NCBI GenBank assembly: GCA_965662265.1
Contig: CBFIGX010000007.1
Location: 34,775-98,774, forward strand
Length of the DNA: 64,000 nucleotides
Reading direction: 5' to 3'
Origin: Flavobacteriales bacterium
Lineage (GTDB): Bacteria > Bacteroidota > Bacteroidia > Flavobacteriales > UBA7430
Shown here in pieces: positions 21,536 to 31,832 of the stretch. How positions within the stretch are numbered: position 1 is the stretch's first letter; every line of letters begins with the position of its first letter. The notes beneath the pieces were generated by a model that saw only the letters and a list, made by a program, of their open reading frames with translations, was not told the DNA's origin and did not search any database. The translations under genes were made by a program, and so were the position numbers.

Positions 21536-22615
21536 ATGGCACTACTAGAAAAATTAGCAATGATTAAACTTCGCTTTGATGATGTTGCACAGCAAATTAT
21601 CGAACCTGAAGTAATTGCCGATATGAAGAGATATGTGAAACTCAATAAGGAGTATAAAGACTTAAGTCCAATTATTGATGCGTATAAATCATATAAAACA
21701 ATTTGCGACAATATTGATGAGTCGAATGAAATTTTAGGGTCTGAAGAGGATGATGAAATGAAAGAAATGGCTCGTACAGAACTAGATAGTGCACTGTCAA
21801 AAAAAACAATATTAGAAGAAGAAATAAAAGTATTACTAATACCGAAAGATCCTGAAGACTCTAAAAATGCGGTAATAGAAATCAGAGCTGGTGCTGGAGG
21901 TGATGAGGCCAGTATCTTTGCAGGAGATTTATTTAGAATGTACACTCGTTATTGTGAAAACAAAAAGTGGCGAACAGAATTGGTTGACGTTACTGATGGA
22001 ACTGCAGGAGGTTACAAGGAAATTGTGATGAATGTATCGGGAGATGATGTGTATGGAACACTTAAGTACGAGTCTGGTGTGCATCGTGTACAGCGTGTTC
22101 CTCAAACCGAAACACAAGGAAGAGTACATACTTCAGCAGCTTCCGTAGTTGTTCTGCCAGAAGCAGAGGAGTTTGATGTTGAAATTTCTGATAAAGACAT
22201 TAAAAAAGAAACTTATTGTTCTTCAGGGCCAGGAGGACAGTCTGTTAATACAACCTATTCTGCAGTTAGATTAACTCATATTCCAACTGGAGTTGTAGCT
22301 CAATGTCAAGATCAGAAGTCACAGATTAAAAATTATGCAAAAGCTCTTCAAGTTCTAAGATCTCGAATTTTTGAGATAGAGCTTGCTAAAAGAAATGAAG
22401 AAATTGCCGGTAAACGTAAAACTATGGTTTCTACTGGAGATCGGTCTGCTAAAATTAGAACTTATAATTATCCGCAAGGAAGAGTAACAGACCATAGAAT
22501 TGGGTTGACGCTTTATTCCTTAAATGATATAATAAATGGCGATATTCATAAAATTATAGAAGAGCTTACTGTTGCTGAAAATGCAGAACGATTAAAAGAA
22601 GGTGAGGATGAATAG
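21536..22615 (+). CDS. prfA: Peptide chain release factor 1
   Basis: GGQ motif ([12 protein letters not shown]), an RF1-type tripeptide region ([14 protein letters not shown]), 359 aa. It starts 1 nt after the purM stop. Confidence 0.96.
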   Translation: MALLEKLAMIKLRFDDVAQQIIEPEVIADMKRYVKLNKEYKDLSPIIDAYKSYKTICDNIDESNEILGSEEDDEMKEMARTELDSALSKKTILEEEIKVLLIPKDPEDSKNAVIEIRAGAGGDEASIFAGDLFRMYTRYCENKKWRTELVDVTDGTAGGYKEIVMNVSGDDVYGTLKYESGVHRVQRVPQTETQGRVHTSAASVVVLPEAEEFDVEISDKDIKKETYCSSGPGGQSVNTTYSAVRLTHIPTGVVAQCQDQKSQIKNYAKALQVLRSRIFEIELAKRNEEIAGKRKTMVSTGDRSAKIRTYNYPQGRVTDHRIGLTLYSLNDIINGDIHKIIEELTVAENAERLKEGEDE

Positions 22616-23426
22616 AGCTGAGTTGATAGAACAAATTAAGGCTAAGAGATCTTTCTTATGTATAGGGCTAGACACTGTGCTAAATCGTATTCCTAAACAT
22701 TTGCTAGATGCAGAAGATCCAATTTTTGAGTTTAACAAACTAATAATTGACGCCACAAAAGATTTGTGTGTTGCATATAAACCAAATTTGGCTTTTTATG
22801 AATCAATGGGTATTACCGGGTTAAAATCGTTACACAAAACATTAGAATATATACCTAGTGATATCTTTACAATTGCAGATGCAAAAAGAGGTGATATTGG
22901 CAACACCTCATCTATGTATGCAAAGGCTTTTTTTGAAAACATGAATTTTGATTCAGTAACCGTTGCTCCTTATATGGGTAAAGATTCTGTAGAACCCTTC
23001 TTCATTTATCCTAATAAGTGGGTCATTCTATTAGCACTTACATCTAATAGTGGTGGTAAAGATTTTCAACTTATCGAAGCTGATGGTAAACCCATGTATA
23101 AGCATGTATTAGAAACATCATCTCAATGGGGTAATGAACAGAATATGATGTATGTTGTTGGGGCCACCCGAGCAGATTGGTTGGTTGAAATAAGAAAAAC
23201 TATTCCAGATCATTTTTTATTGGTTCCGGGTGTGGGTGCTCAGGGTGGAAGACTTGAAGAAGTATCTAAATATGGTATGAATAATGAGTGTGGCTTATTA
23301 GTAAATTCTTCAAGAGGAATTATTTATGCTTCTTCAGACAAAGATTTTGCAGAAAAAGCCAGAGAAAAAGCATACGAATTGAAAATGCAAATGGAGCATG
23401 AGCTTATAAAAGCTCAGATCGTTTAA
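22608..23426 (+). CDS. pyrF: Orotidine 5'-phosphate decarboxylase (type 2)
   Basis: SFLCIGLDT and [10 protein letters not shown] motifs. ATG 22608 overlaps the prfA stop by 8 nt. Confidence 0.92.
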   Translation: MNRAELIEQIKAKRSFLCIGLDTVLNRIPKHLLDAEDPIFEFNKLIIDATKDLCVAYKPNLAFYESMGITGLKSLHKTLEYIPSDIFTIADAKRGDIGNTSSMYAKAFFENMNFDSVTVAPYMGKDSVEPFFIYPNKWVILLALTSNSGGKDFQLIEADGKPMYKHVLETSSQWGNEQNMMYVVGATRADWLVEIRKTIPDHFLLVPGVGAQGGRLEEVSKYGMNNECGLLVNSSRGIIYASSDKDFAEKAREKAYELKMQMEHELIKAQIV

Positions 23427-23438
23427 ATTTATTATGAT

Positions 23439-23464
23439 AAGCCCTCAATATGGAGGGCTTTTTT
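23439..23464 (+). terminator. Rho-independent terminator after pyrF
   Basis: GCCCTC/GAGGGC stem followed by T6. Confidence 0.7.
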
Positions 23465-23702
23465 ATTGATAATGTAGTGGTTTTTTGTGCTTATATTTTC
23501 TTGCTTTAATGTTTGTAATAAGTGCTTAGCTAATATCTTACTCTGTACATTATCAAATTCAATTTTTTTCAACCTCTTATAAGCTCGCAATAATTGATAT
23601 GTAACTTGATTGTATAAAAGACAATATAAAATTGAGTAGTATTATTAAAATTAATCCTTTTAATATTAAGTAATTTTAGAAGAAATAATTCAATAATATG
23701 TA

Positions 23703-24974
23703 ATGATTAATGAAGAATTTCTTCAATTTTTATGGAAGTTCCAACTGTTTAAGTTTCAAAATTTACAAACGGAAGATAATGCAGATGTACAAGTTTTTAG
23801 CAAGGGCGTACACAATTTTAATTCTGGGCCTGACTTCAATTCTGCAGAAATTTTAATTGGTAATATTCGCTGGTATGGTGATGTTGAGATTCATTTCAAA
23901 TCATCTGATTGGGTGACTCACAAACATCATAAGGATCCTAATTATAATTCAGTTGTATTACATGTTGTTTTCCATGACGATGTAAAGGTATACAAGGAAG
24001 ATGGTGGCGTAATACCTACAATAGTGTTGAAAAATAGAATTCCAAAAAAATATTTGTATGAGTATTCAACATTGTATCAATCAAAAAAAACTATACCATG
24101 TTCTTATGAGCTTTCTAATATTGAATCTATTTTTTGGGATGATTATTATGAAAGTTTACTTGTTCAAAGGTTAGAGAATAAGTGTGTACAAATAAAGCGC
24201 TTGTTTATAGATACACAACAAGATTATCAAGAATGCTTTTATCGACTCTTTGCTTATTCTTTGGGTTTGAAAATAAATGCAAATCATATGCTTGCATTGG
24301 CAGAGGCTTGTCCTTTGTCCTTACTCAGAAAACACATTCCAAATAGGTTAAGCATTGAGGCTCTTCTTTTTGGCCAAGCATCACTAATTAAACGAAATCA
24401 TACAGATTCATATCCTAAATCACTTCAGAATGAATACAAATATCTCAAATTGAAATATAAATTAAGATCTGAAGAATTTCAGAATTGGAATTTTTTTAGG
24501 TTGAGACCTAGCTCTTTTCCGACCCAACGAATTTCATTACTTGCCGACTTTGTCATAAAATCGCCACAACTATATCATGAATTACTTCGCTTTAGATCTA
24601 TAGATAGGATTAAAAAATATATAGAAATTTCCGTTTCAGAATATTGGAAGTCCCATTATGTGTTCGATAAAAAATCGAATCTAAGAAAAGGCAAATTAGG
24701 ACAAACTTCTTTACAAGTGATACTAATTAATGCAGTACTTCCTTTTTGTTTTTTTTATGCTAAAGAAAATTCTAACTACAATATGATGGTGTCTGTGTTG
24801 GAGTCATTCTACCTCCTTAAAAGCGAGAATAACAGGGTTATACGTTTCTACAAAGAAAGTGGCTTAATACCAAGAAATGCATTTCAGTCACAAGCACTAA
24901 TTCATCTGCACCAAAATTATTGCATTAAACGAAAATGTTTAAATTGCAGAGTATTTAATCAAATAATTAAATAA
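23703..24974 (+). CDS. DUF2851 family protein
   Basis: The N-terminus EEFLQFLWKFQLF...NSGPDFNSAEILIGNIRWYGDVEIHFKSSDWVTHKHHKDPNYNSVVLHVV matches my recollection of DUF2851. Cys cluster CIKRKCLNC at the C-terminus. Confidence 0.82.
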   Translation: MINEEFLQFLWKFQLFKFQNLQTEDNADVQVFSKGVHNFNSGPDFNSAEILIGNIRWYGDVEIHFKSSDWVTHKHHKDPNYNSVVLHVVFHDDVKVYKEDGGVIPTIVLKNRIPKKYLYEYSTLYQSKKTIPCSYELSNIESIFWDDYYESLLVQRLENKCVQIKRLFIDTQQDYQECFYRLFAYSLGLKINANHMLALAEACPLSLLRKHIPNRLSIEALLFGQASLIKRNHTDSYPKSLQNEYKYLKLKYKLRSEEFQNWNFFRLRPSSFPTQRISLLADFVIKSPQLYHELLRFRSIDRIKKYIEISVSEYWKSHYVFDKKSNLRKGKLGQTSLQVILINAVLPFCFFYAKENSNYNMMVSVLESFYLLKSENNRVIRFYKESGLIPRNAFQSQALIHLHQNYCIKRKCLNCRVFNQIIK

Positions 24975-25196
24975 TTGCAGGACTGGATTAGAAACAAATT
25001 TGACACATATTCTTTTGGTGTGTGTACTCGTTTGGCATTATTTCTCAAAATGAGAAGGAAGGCTGTTCGCTTGTTTTTTATATATGCGTCTTTTTTAACC
25101 TTTGGATCACCAATACTAATATATATGGCCATAGCCTTTGTTATTCAATTAAAAGATTTAATAAACTCTAAAAGATCAAGCGTATACGATATGTAA
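24975..25196 (+). CDS. Small PspC-domain-like membrane protein (73 aa, TTG start)
   Basis: FGVCTRLALFLKMRRKAVRLFFIYASFLTFGSPILIYMAIAFVIQLKDLINSKRSSVYDM resembles small flavobacterial PspC-family proteins. It abuts the DUF2851 stop. The non-ATG start lowers confidence. Confidence 0.6.
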   Translation: MQDWIRNKFDTYSFGVCTRLALFLKMRRKAVRLFFIYASFLTFGSPILIYMAIAFVIQLKDLINSKRSSVYDM

Positions 25197-25767
25197 TTTA
25201 TGAAGCTTAGGTCATTTTTTTCTTGTAGTTATCTTGCTGTATTTTTCATTTTTATCATCTTTTTTTCGGTGTTTTCGGTTTTTGATGGATTGAGGGCTAT
25301 GATTTTTTGATACGTTTTACATGACAGTAATTACTGTAATCTCTATTGGTTTAAACAATTTAAGACCTTTGTCAGAATCATGACTAATATTCACATCTTT
25401 ATTAATTATCTTTAGCATCAATATTTATGCTTATGCTATTTCACTATTAACCTCATATATTATTGATGGAGATTTGAAGTTGTTTTTAAAAGATTATAGG
25501 ATGTCACAAAAAAATAAACAAGTTTAAAAATCATTTCATAGTGTATAGTTATGCTATAAATAGAAGAGAAGTAGTCAGGCAACACATATCATTCCAAACG
25601 GACTCTTTAGTTATCTCGTCAGATTCGGATAGAATTAATGACTTAAAAGATAAAGGATTTCTTTTGTCGAAGGAGATGCTACAGTTGATTAAGTTTTACA
25701 AGATAACTCAAAACTATTTGTATTACGAAAGCCTGCATAAATTATTAAGTTAATTGTTAGATATCTA

Positions 25768-26682
25768 ATGAGTAGAGTTTTAATTGTAGGTGCAAATGGG
25801 CTTTTAGGTCAAAAGCTTATTAAATTATATAGTCAATTTGATATAAGTGTGATTGCAACAGCACGTACTAAGCCTAAGTTTGAACTTGCTGAAAATATAG
25901 TTTACAGGAATTTAGATATACGTGATAGAGATGCTTGCTTTAATGTCGTTAATGAATGTAAACCTCAAGCAATAATTAATGCTGCTGCAATGACTCAAGT
26001 TGATTTGTGTGAAGATGAAACCGAACTTTGTGATTCTGTAAATATAAAAGGCGTTCAAAATTTAATTGATGCAGTAAAAGAAACAAACATTCATTTGGTT
26101 CATATTTCAACCGATTTTATCTATGATGGAAATGAGGAAGAATATTTCGAGGATTCATTGGCAAAACCTTTAAATTATTATGGACTTTCTAAATGGAAGT
26201 CTGAACTGTTGTTTGAAGATGTAGATTTTCCGTATACAATATTCCGAACTGTATTAGTTTATGGAGTTTTGGATAATATTTCTCGTTCTAATATTGTTCT
26301 TTGGGCAAAATCATCATTAGAAAACAACCATGAAATTAATGTAGTTGATGACCAATATAGGTGTCCAACACTGGTAGAAGATTTAGCTTTTGCATGTAAA
26401 CAAGCAATAGATTCTGAATCTATAGGTGTGTATCATGTTTCTGGAAAAGATTTTCTGAGTATATTAGAGCTCGTTTTTGAAATAGCAGATTATTGGAAAT
26501 TAAATAAGAACCTTGTTAAACCAATAAAAACGTCAAGTTTAAACCAAAAGGCTACAAGACCAAAACGTACCAAACTAAATATTACAAAGGCAAAACAACA
26601 TTTTAACTATCAACCAACAGGTTTTCGTGAAAGTCTGAAGTTAATAGATGAACAGTTGAAAAACCAAAAACTACTGTCATGA
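25768..26682 (+). CDS. NAD(P)-dependent SDR, RmlD-like (dTDP-4-dehydrorhamnose reductase family)
   Basis: [12 protein letters not shown] Rossmann motif, YGLSK active-site-like YxxxK, 304 aa. Confidence 0.82.
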   Translation: MSRVLIVGANGLLGQKLIKLYSQFDISVIATARTKPKFELAENIVYRNLDIRDRDACFNVVNECKPQAIINAAAMTQVDLCEDETELCDSVNIKGVQNLIDAVKETNIHLVHISTDFIYDGNEEEYFEDSLAKPLNYYGLSKWKSELLFEDVDFPYTIFRTVLVYGVLDNISRSNIVLWAKSSLENNHEINVVDDQYRCPTLVEDLAFACKQAIDSESIGVYHVSGKDFLSILELVFEIADYWKLNKNLVKPIKTSSLNQKATRPKRTKLNITKAKQHFNYQPTGFRESLKLIDEQLKNQKLLS

Positions 26683-28154
26683 ATAAATTAATTGCAATCC
26701 TATTTTCAATCCCACAACTTTTACAAGCTGAAAGTTCAATTAGTACAACTATTAACAGTTTGTTTGAACCTATTGTAGGGTTCATGGCAAAAGTCATTTT
26801 CTGGGAACCATTTATGGGTATCCCTGTTGTAGTAATTTGGTTAGTTGTAGGGGCTATATTCTTTACCTTACGGATGAATTTTATTAATGTTCGAGGATTT
26901 AAGCATGCCATTCAATTGGTAAGAGGCGATTATGATAACCCCGATGATAAAGGAGAAGTATCACACTTCCAAGCTTTAACAACAGCGTTATCTGCTACAG
27001 TAGGCCTTGGGAATATTGCAGGTGTTGCAGTTGCAGTTGCTATTGGCGGACCCGGAGCAACATTTTGGATGATTGTGGCAGGATTACTTGGGATGTCCAC
27101 AAAATTTGTAGAGTGTACTTTAGGAGTAAAATACAGGCAGATTAATAAAAATGGAGAAGTATCGGGCGGCCCTATGTATTATCTTAATACAGCATTTGAA
27201 AAACACAATTTACCAGTAATGGGTAAAGTCATGGCAGCTCTTTTTGCCATACTATGTGTTGGTGGTTCTTTTGGTGGAGGTAATATGTTTCAAGCCAATC
27301 AGGCATTTTCGCAATTAGAAGGTCAGTTCTCAATTCTTGCAGGTAATGGTGTATACTTTGGAATTATCTTGGCAATATTGGTGGGAGCAGTTATTATTGG
27401 TGGTATTAAAAGTATAGCTAATATAACAGAGAAAATAGTACCCTTCATGGCAGTTCTTTATGTCGGAGCCTCTTTATTTATTATATTAATAAATTATGAC
27501 CAAATCATTGATGTTTTTGTATTGATATTTGAGTCAGCATTTTCTGGAGATGCTGCTAAGGGTGGTGTTATAGGAGTTTTGATTCAAGGTTTTAGGCGTG
27601 CAGCATTTTCTAATGAAGCTGGTGTCGGATCAGCTGCAATTGCACATTCTGCTGTAAAAACAAACGAACCTGTTACTGAGGGTGTAGTGGCTTTATTAGA
27701 ACCATTTATTGATACTGTTGTTATCTGTACAATGACAGCTTTAGTTATTTTAATTACTGGTAGGCATACAGGTTATGACCTAGAAGGAGCTCAGCTAACA
27801 TCGTCAGCTTTTGAGTCCGTAATATCATGGTTCCCAATGCTGCTAGTAGTTGCCATATTTTTATTCGCTTTTTCCACAATGATTTCTTGGTCTTATTATG
27901 GTCTTAAAGCTTGGACATACTTATTTGGGCATTCAAAAATTACTCAAAATATTTATAAGCTACTGTTTTTAGTGTTTATTATTATAGGTTCTACAGTTAG
28001 TTTGGGTGCAGTTATAGATTTTTCTGATATGATGATTCTAGCTATGGCATTTCCAAATATTCTAGGTTTATATTTAATGTCGGGAGAAGTTAAAGAAGAT
28101 TTGAGAGACTATATGCAGCGCCTAAAATCAGGCGCGATTAAAAAATTTAAATAA
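26679..28154 (+). CDS. Alanine/glycine:cation symporter (AGCS family)
   Basis: [35 protein letters not shown] signature in a polytopic protein. ATGA overlap with the upstream SDR gene. Confidence 0.93.
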   Translation: MNKLIAILFSIPQLLQAESSISTTINSLFEPIVGFMAKVIFWEPFMGIPVVVIWLVVGAIFFTLRMNFINVRGFKHAIQLVRGDYDNPDDKGEVSHFQALTTALSATVGLGNIAGVAVAVAIGGPGATFWMIVAGLLGMSTKFVECTLGVKYRQINKNGEVSGGPMYYLNTAFEKHNLPVMGKVMAALFAILCVGGSFGGGNMFQANQAFSQLEGQFSILAGNGVYFGIILAILVGAVIIGGIKSIANITEKIVPFMAVLYVGASLFIILINYDQIIDVFVLIFESAFSGDAAKGGVIGVLIQGFRRAAFSNEAGVGSAAIAHSAVKTNEPVTEGVVALLEPFIDTVVICTMTALVILITGRHTGYDLEGAQLTSSAFESVISWFPMLLVVAIFLFAFSTMISWSYYGLKAWTYLFGHSKITQNIYKLLFLVFIIIGSTVSLGAVIDFSDMMILAMAFPNILGLYLMSGEVKEDLRDYMQRLKSGAIKKFK

Positions 28155-28155
28155 A

Positions 28156-28183
28156 AAAAATCCCGCAATTGCGGGATTTTTTT
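28156..28183 (+). terminator. Rho-independent terminator after the AGCS gene
   Basis: An A-tract, the ATCCCGC/GCGGGAT stem with an aatt loop, then T7. Confidence 0.75.
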
Positions 28184-28243
28184 GTGCTTAATAAATAATA
28201 TACTGCAACAACTAATATTATAATTCATTAAAATAGTATAGCT

Positions 28244-28897
28244 ATGAATTCATTTTACAAATTTTTTTATTTTAACAAAACTGAGCGGCGCGCCTTATTT
28301 GTTTTTTTATTACTCATTGTAATTGTAAAACTAATTGAGATCTATTTGTTGCCTAAAACACATATTGCTGAATATGATTTTAAAAAAGTTGAGCAATGGT
28401 GGAGTGAAGATCCTCAACCCTACCTTATTAGTTTAAATGTAAAGAATAAGACAAGTAAACCTATAACGTCACATAAAACAATAAGCAATGCAGAAAAGTT
28501 GATGCTCAATATAAATACAACAGATTCTTTAGATTTAATGAGCATACCAGGAATTGGAGAAGTTTATGCCTCACGTATTATAAAGTACAGAGATTTATTA
28601 GGTGGGTATTATTATAAAGATCAATTATATGAGGTTTATGGTATGGATTCGAGCTTGGTATTGTCAATACAACAATATGTATGGATTGATAAGTCCGAAA
28701 TACATAGAATTAATGTCAACAAGTCAACAATGAAGCAATTGTATTCTCATCCATATATTTCATATAAATTGGCTAAGCTAATTGTGAAATACAGAGAGCA
28801 CCATGGCTTTTATACTAATATTGAAGACTTAAAGAAAATTCCCTTGATTGACGGTCAATTATTCCGTAAAATTGTAGTCTATTTAGTTACAGAATGA
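28244..28897 (+). CDS. ComEA-family helix-hairpin-helix DNA-binding protein with N-terminal TM segment
   Basis: TM segment RALFVFLLLIVIVKLI. HhH units LMSIPGIGEVYASRIIKYR and a second C-terminal unit (LKKIPLIDGQLFRKI). Confidence 0.78.
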   Translation: MNSFYKFFYFNKTERRALFVFLLLIVIVKLIEIYLLPKTHIAEYDFKKVEQWWSEDPQPYLISLNVKNKTSKPITSHKTISNAEKLMLNINTTDSLDLMSIPGIGEVYASRIIKYRDLLGGYYYKDQLYEVYGMDSSLVLSIQQYVWIDKSEIHRINVNKSTMKQLYSHPYISYKLAKLIVKYREHHGFYTNIEDLKKIPLIDGQLFRKIVVYLVTE

Positions 28898-29424
28898 TAG
28901 AGCAACGATTAAAGTCAGTAATTCGAAATTTCCCTAATTACCCAAAAGAAGGTATTTTATTTAAAGATATAAGTCCTGTATTGTTAGATGTTGAGTTATA
29001 TTTAGCTGTTGTCAATGAGTTTAGATACCGTCTCAAAGATTTAGATATAAATTGTGTAGCGGGAGTTGAAAGTAGAGGTTTTTGGTTTGGTCCAGCAATT
29101 GCTCAAGCCCTATCTGTTCCATTTATCCCAGTACGCAAAAAAGGTAAATTGCCTGGAGATACTTTGACTAAAACCTACGACCTTGAGTATGGATCTTCTA
29201 CTATTGAGATTCAAAAAGGTGTGCTCAAAAAAGGGGATATGGTTTTAGTGCATGATGACCTACTTGCGACTGGGGGAACTGCAAAAGCTACTGCGGATCT
29301 TGTGGAAATGTCAGGGGCAGAGATTTCTGGATTTGCTTTTATAGTAGATTTGGGTATTCTTGAAACTGATCAAAAGTTGTCTAGCCATTCAAATAACATA
29401 ATTTCATTATTAAAATCTTATTAA
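28894..29424 (+). CDS. apt: Adenine phosphoribosyltransferase
   Basis: GVESRGFWFGPAIAQALSVPFIPVRKKGKLPG and PRPP motif VLVHDDLLATGGTA. ATGA overlap with the upstream gene. Confidence 0.95.
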   Translation: MIEQRLKSVIRNFPNYPKEGILFKDISPVLLDVELYLAVVNEFRYRLKDLDINCVAGVESRGFWFGPAIAQALSVPFIPVRKKGKLPGDTLTKTYDLEYGSSTIEIQKGVLKKGDMVLVHDDLLATGGTAKATADLVEMSGAEISGFAFIVDLGILETDQKLSSHSNNIISLLKSY

Positions 29425-30567
29425 ATGAATTTTTCTTATTCCGAGACACAAAAAATGATTGCCGAAACAATTCGTGATTTTGGCACAAAACATATAAAAC
29501 CATATATGATGGACTGGGACAGTAGTCAGGAGTTTCCGATTCATATCTTCAAAGAACTAGGAGGTCTAGGTTTAATGGGAGTTTTAGTTCCTGTTGAATA
29601 TGGCGGTTCAGGTTTAACATATGATGAATACATTACTGCAGTAGATGAAATTTCTCAAATAGACCCATCAATAGGTTTGTCTGTTGCAGCGCATAATTCA
29701 TTATGTACTGGGCATATCTTAGAGTTTGGTAGTGAAGAGCAAAAGAAGAAGTGGTTACCAAAGCTAGCTACGGCAGAGCATATTGGTGCATGGGGTCTTA
29801 CTGAACACAATACAGGTTCTGATGCGGGAGGCATGAGTACAACTGCAGTCAAAGACGGTGATGTATGGATTATAAATGGTGCAAAGAACTTTATCACACA
29901 CGCTAAGTCAGGTGATATAGCAGTAGTTATTGCGCGTACTGGCGAAAAAGGCGATTCTCATGGTATGTCTGCTTTTGTTGTTGAAAAGGGAACAGCTGGT
30001 TTTAGTTCTGGTAAAAAAGAAGATAAGCTTGGGATGAGGGCCTCTGAAACTGCTGAGTTAGTCTTTGATAATTGTCGTATTCCACATGGTAATCTCCTTG
30101 GTGAAGTAGGTGAAGGCTTTATTCAATCAATGAAAATTCTTGATGGTGGTAGAATATCTATTGCTGCATTGTCTATAGGTGTTGCAAAAGGAGCCTATAA
30201 AGCTGCTTTAAAATACTCTAAAGAAAGAGTTCAGTTTGGTAAGTCCATTTCTGAGCATCAAGCTATTGCATTTAAGTTGGCTGACATGGTAACAGAAATT
30301 GAAGCTTCAGAGTTGTTAACTTATAATGCTGCAGATAAAAAGAATAAAGGTTTAAAAATGACTAAAGAGGGCGCTATGGCTAAGTATTATGCTTCTGAAG
30401 CATCGGTAAGGATAGCAAATGATGCCGTTCAAATATTTGGTGGCTACGGGTACACTAAAGATTTTCCTGTTGAGAAATTTTATAGAGACGCCAAGCTTTG
30501 TACCATTGGTGAAGGTACCTCCGAAATACAAAAATTAGTAATTTCAAAATTGATTCTCAAAGAATAA
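29425..30567 (+). CDS. Acyl-CoA dehydrogenase (short-chain/butyryl-CoA dehydrogenase-like)
   Basis: 380 aa with GLTEHNTGSDAGGM and QIFGGYGYTKDFPVEKFYRDAKLCTIGEGTSEIQ signatures. It starts directly after the apt stop. Confidence 0.93.
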   Translation: MNFSYSETQKMIAETIRDFGTKHIKPYMMDWDSSQEFPIHIFKELGGLGLMGVLVPVEYGGSGLTYDEYITAVDEISQIDPSIGLSVAAHNSLCTGHILEFGSEEQKKKWLPKLATAEHIGAWGLTEHNTGSDAGGMSTTAVKDGDVWIINGAKNFITHAKSGDIAVVIARTGEKGDSHGMSAFVVEKGTAGFSSGKKEDKLGMRASETAELVFDNCRIPHGNLLGEVGEGFIQSMKILDGGRISIAALSIGVAKGAYKAALKYSKERVQFGKSISEHQAIAFKLADMVTEIEASELLTYNAADKKNKGLKMTKEGAMAKYYASEASVRIANDAVQIFGGYGYTKDFPVEKFYRDAKLCTIGEGTSEIQKLVISKLILKE

Positions 30568-30602
30568 GAACAATATATAAAGCTAAAATATTGAACATTT
30601 GT

Positions 30603-30631
30603 TTGCTACACAAAACAAATTTGTATATTTG
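30603..30631 (+). promoter_or_regulatory. Candidate promoter for rpsU (-33 TTG and -7 TATATTTG)
   Basis: TTG at 30603-30605, an 18-nt spacer, then TATATTTG at 30624-30631, which is 47 nt before the ATG. Confidence 0.4.
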
Positions 30632-30677
30632 CCCTCCCAAAGAATGAAAAGACTAAAAGTATAAATTAGGTACAGAC

Positions 30678-30872
30678 ATGATAATAATCCCTGTAAAAGA
30701 AGGTGAAGCAATCGAAAGAGCTCTAAAGCGCTTCAAAAGGAAATTTGATAAAACTGGTGCTATGCGTCAATTACGTGCACGTAAAGAATTTTTAAAGCCT
30801 TCTGTAAAAAGAAGAAAACAAATGATTAAAGCAGCTTACATTCAGCAATTAAGGCAGTCTGAAGAAGCTTAA
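30678..30872 (+). CDS. rpsU: 30S ribosomal protein S21
   Basis: 64 aa; EAIERALKRFKRKFDKTGAMRQLRARKEFLKPSVKRR is typical of S21. Confidence 0.93.
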   Translation: MIIIPVKEGEAIERALKRFKRKFDKTGAMRQLRARKEFLKPSVKRRKQMIKAAYIQQLRQSEEA

Positions 30873-30894
30873 TTAGTACTTAATATTCTCATAT

Positions 30895-30932
30895 AAGCGC
30901 TTTTGTGTATTTTTACACAAAAGCGCTTTTTT
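30895..30932 (+). terminator. Strong rho-independent terminator after rpsU
   Basis: A 15-bp stem, AAGCGCTTTTGTGTA/TACACAAAAGCGCTT, followed by T6. The T-tract ends at the base before the next ATG (30933). Confidence 0.75.
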
Positions 30933-31829
30933 ATGCAATTAATAGAAGAATTTCTTGATTACCTTAAATACGAAAAGCGATATTCTGATCACACCATAAA
31001 AGCCTATCGTTTTGATTTAATAAATTTCAAATTATATTTAAGAAAAAGCTATGAATCTGACTTAATGCAATTAAATGATGAGATGATAAGAGCTTGGATG
31101 ATGCAAGTCATTTCTTCAGGTATCAGTAAGCGGACATTAAACCGAAAAATGTCTTCAATTAGAGGTTTTTATAAATATGCATTTAAGACACAATTAATAG
31201 ATTTAAATGATTTGTCGGTGCTAAAGTCATTTAAGATTAATAAACATCTTCCTTCTATCATATCTAAAGATGAGATCAATTATTTACTAGATAATCATTT
31301 ATTCGAAAATAATTACCAAGGATGTAGAGACAAGTCAATTTTAGAAATGTTTTATTTTACTGGAATAAGACTGTCAGAATTAATAGGATTAAAAGTATAT
31401 GATCTTGATTTTAATCTTAAGCAAGTTAAGGTTTTAGGAAAAAGGTCAAAAGAACGCTTAATACCATTGTTAGATGTTCATATTTCTCATTTAAAAAGTT
31501 ATCTGGAGTGTAGATCAAATGCGATAGATGCAAATAACAAATTCTTGTATCTTACAAATTCTGGAGATGTTTTGTATCCAAAGCTTGTATATAGAATTGT
31601 GAATTCTTATCTTAGTAAGGTAACTGGAGTGAAGCAAAAAAGTCCACACGTTTTAAGACACGCATTTGCTACTCATATGCTTGATGAAGGCGCAGACTTA
31701 AATGCTATAAAAGAAGTGCTTGGGCACTCTAGTTTAAGTTCAACACAGGTTTACACAAGTAATTCTGTAGAACGATTAAAAAAAATATATGAACAAGCCC
31801 ACCCAAGGGGCAATAAAGATGGAGGATGA
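30933..31829 (+). CDS. Tyrosine recombinase, XerC/XerD family
   Basis: N-terminal SAM-like string FLDYLKYEKRYSDHTIKAYRFDL. Catalytic C-terminus HVLRHAFATHML...LGHSSLSSTQVY. ATG 30933 was chosen because the ORF-track TTG 30903 lies inside the terminator stem. Confidence 0.88.
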   Translation: MQLIEEFLDYLKYEKRYSDHTIKAYRFDLINFKLYLRKSYESDLMQLNDEMIRAWMMQVISSGISKRTLNRKMSSIRGFYKYAFKTQLIDLNDLSVLKSFKINKHLPSIISKDEINYLLDNHLFENNYQGCRDKSILEMFYFTGIRLSELIGLKVYDLDFNLKQVKVLGKRSKERLIPLLDVHISHLKSYLECRSNAIDANNKFLYLTNSGDVLYPKLVYRIVNSYLSKVTGVKQKSPHVLRHAFATHMLDEGADLNAIKEVLGHSSLSSTQVYTSNSVERLKKIYEQAHPRGNKDGG

Positions 31830-31832
31830 ATT

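Noticed and set aside
21496-21945. 149-aa Ser-rich minus-strand ORF
   Set aside because: It is antisense to the purM end and prfA start. The low-complexity Ser/Ile composition is what the complement of Glu/Asp/Ile-rich coding sequence produces.
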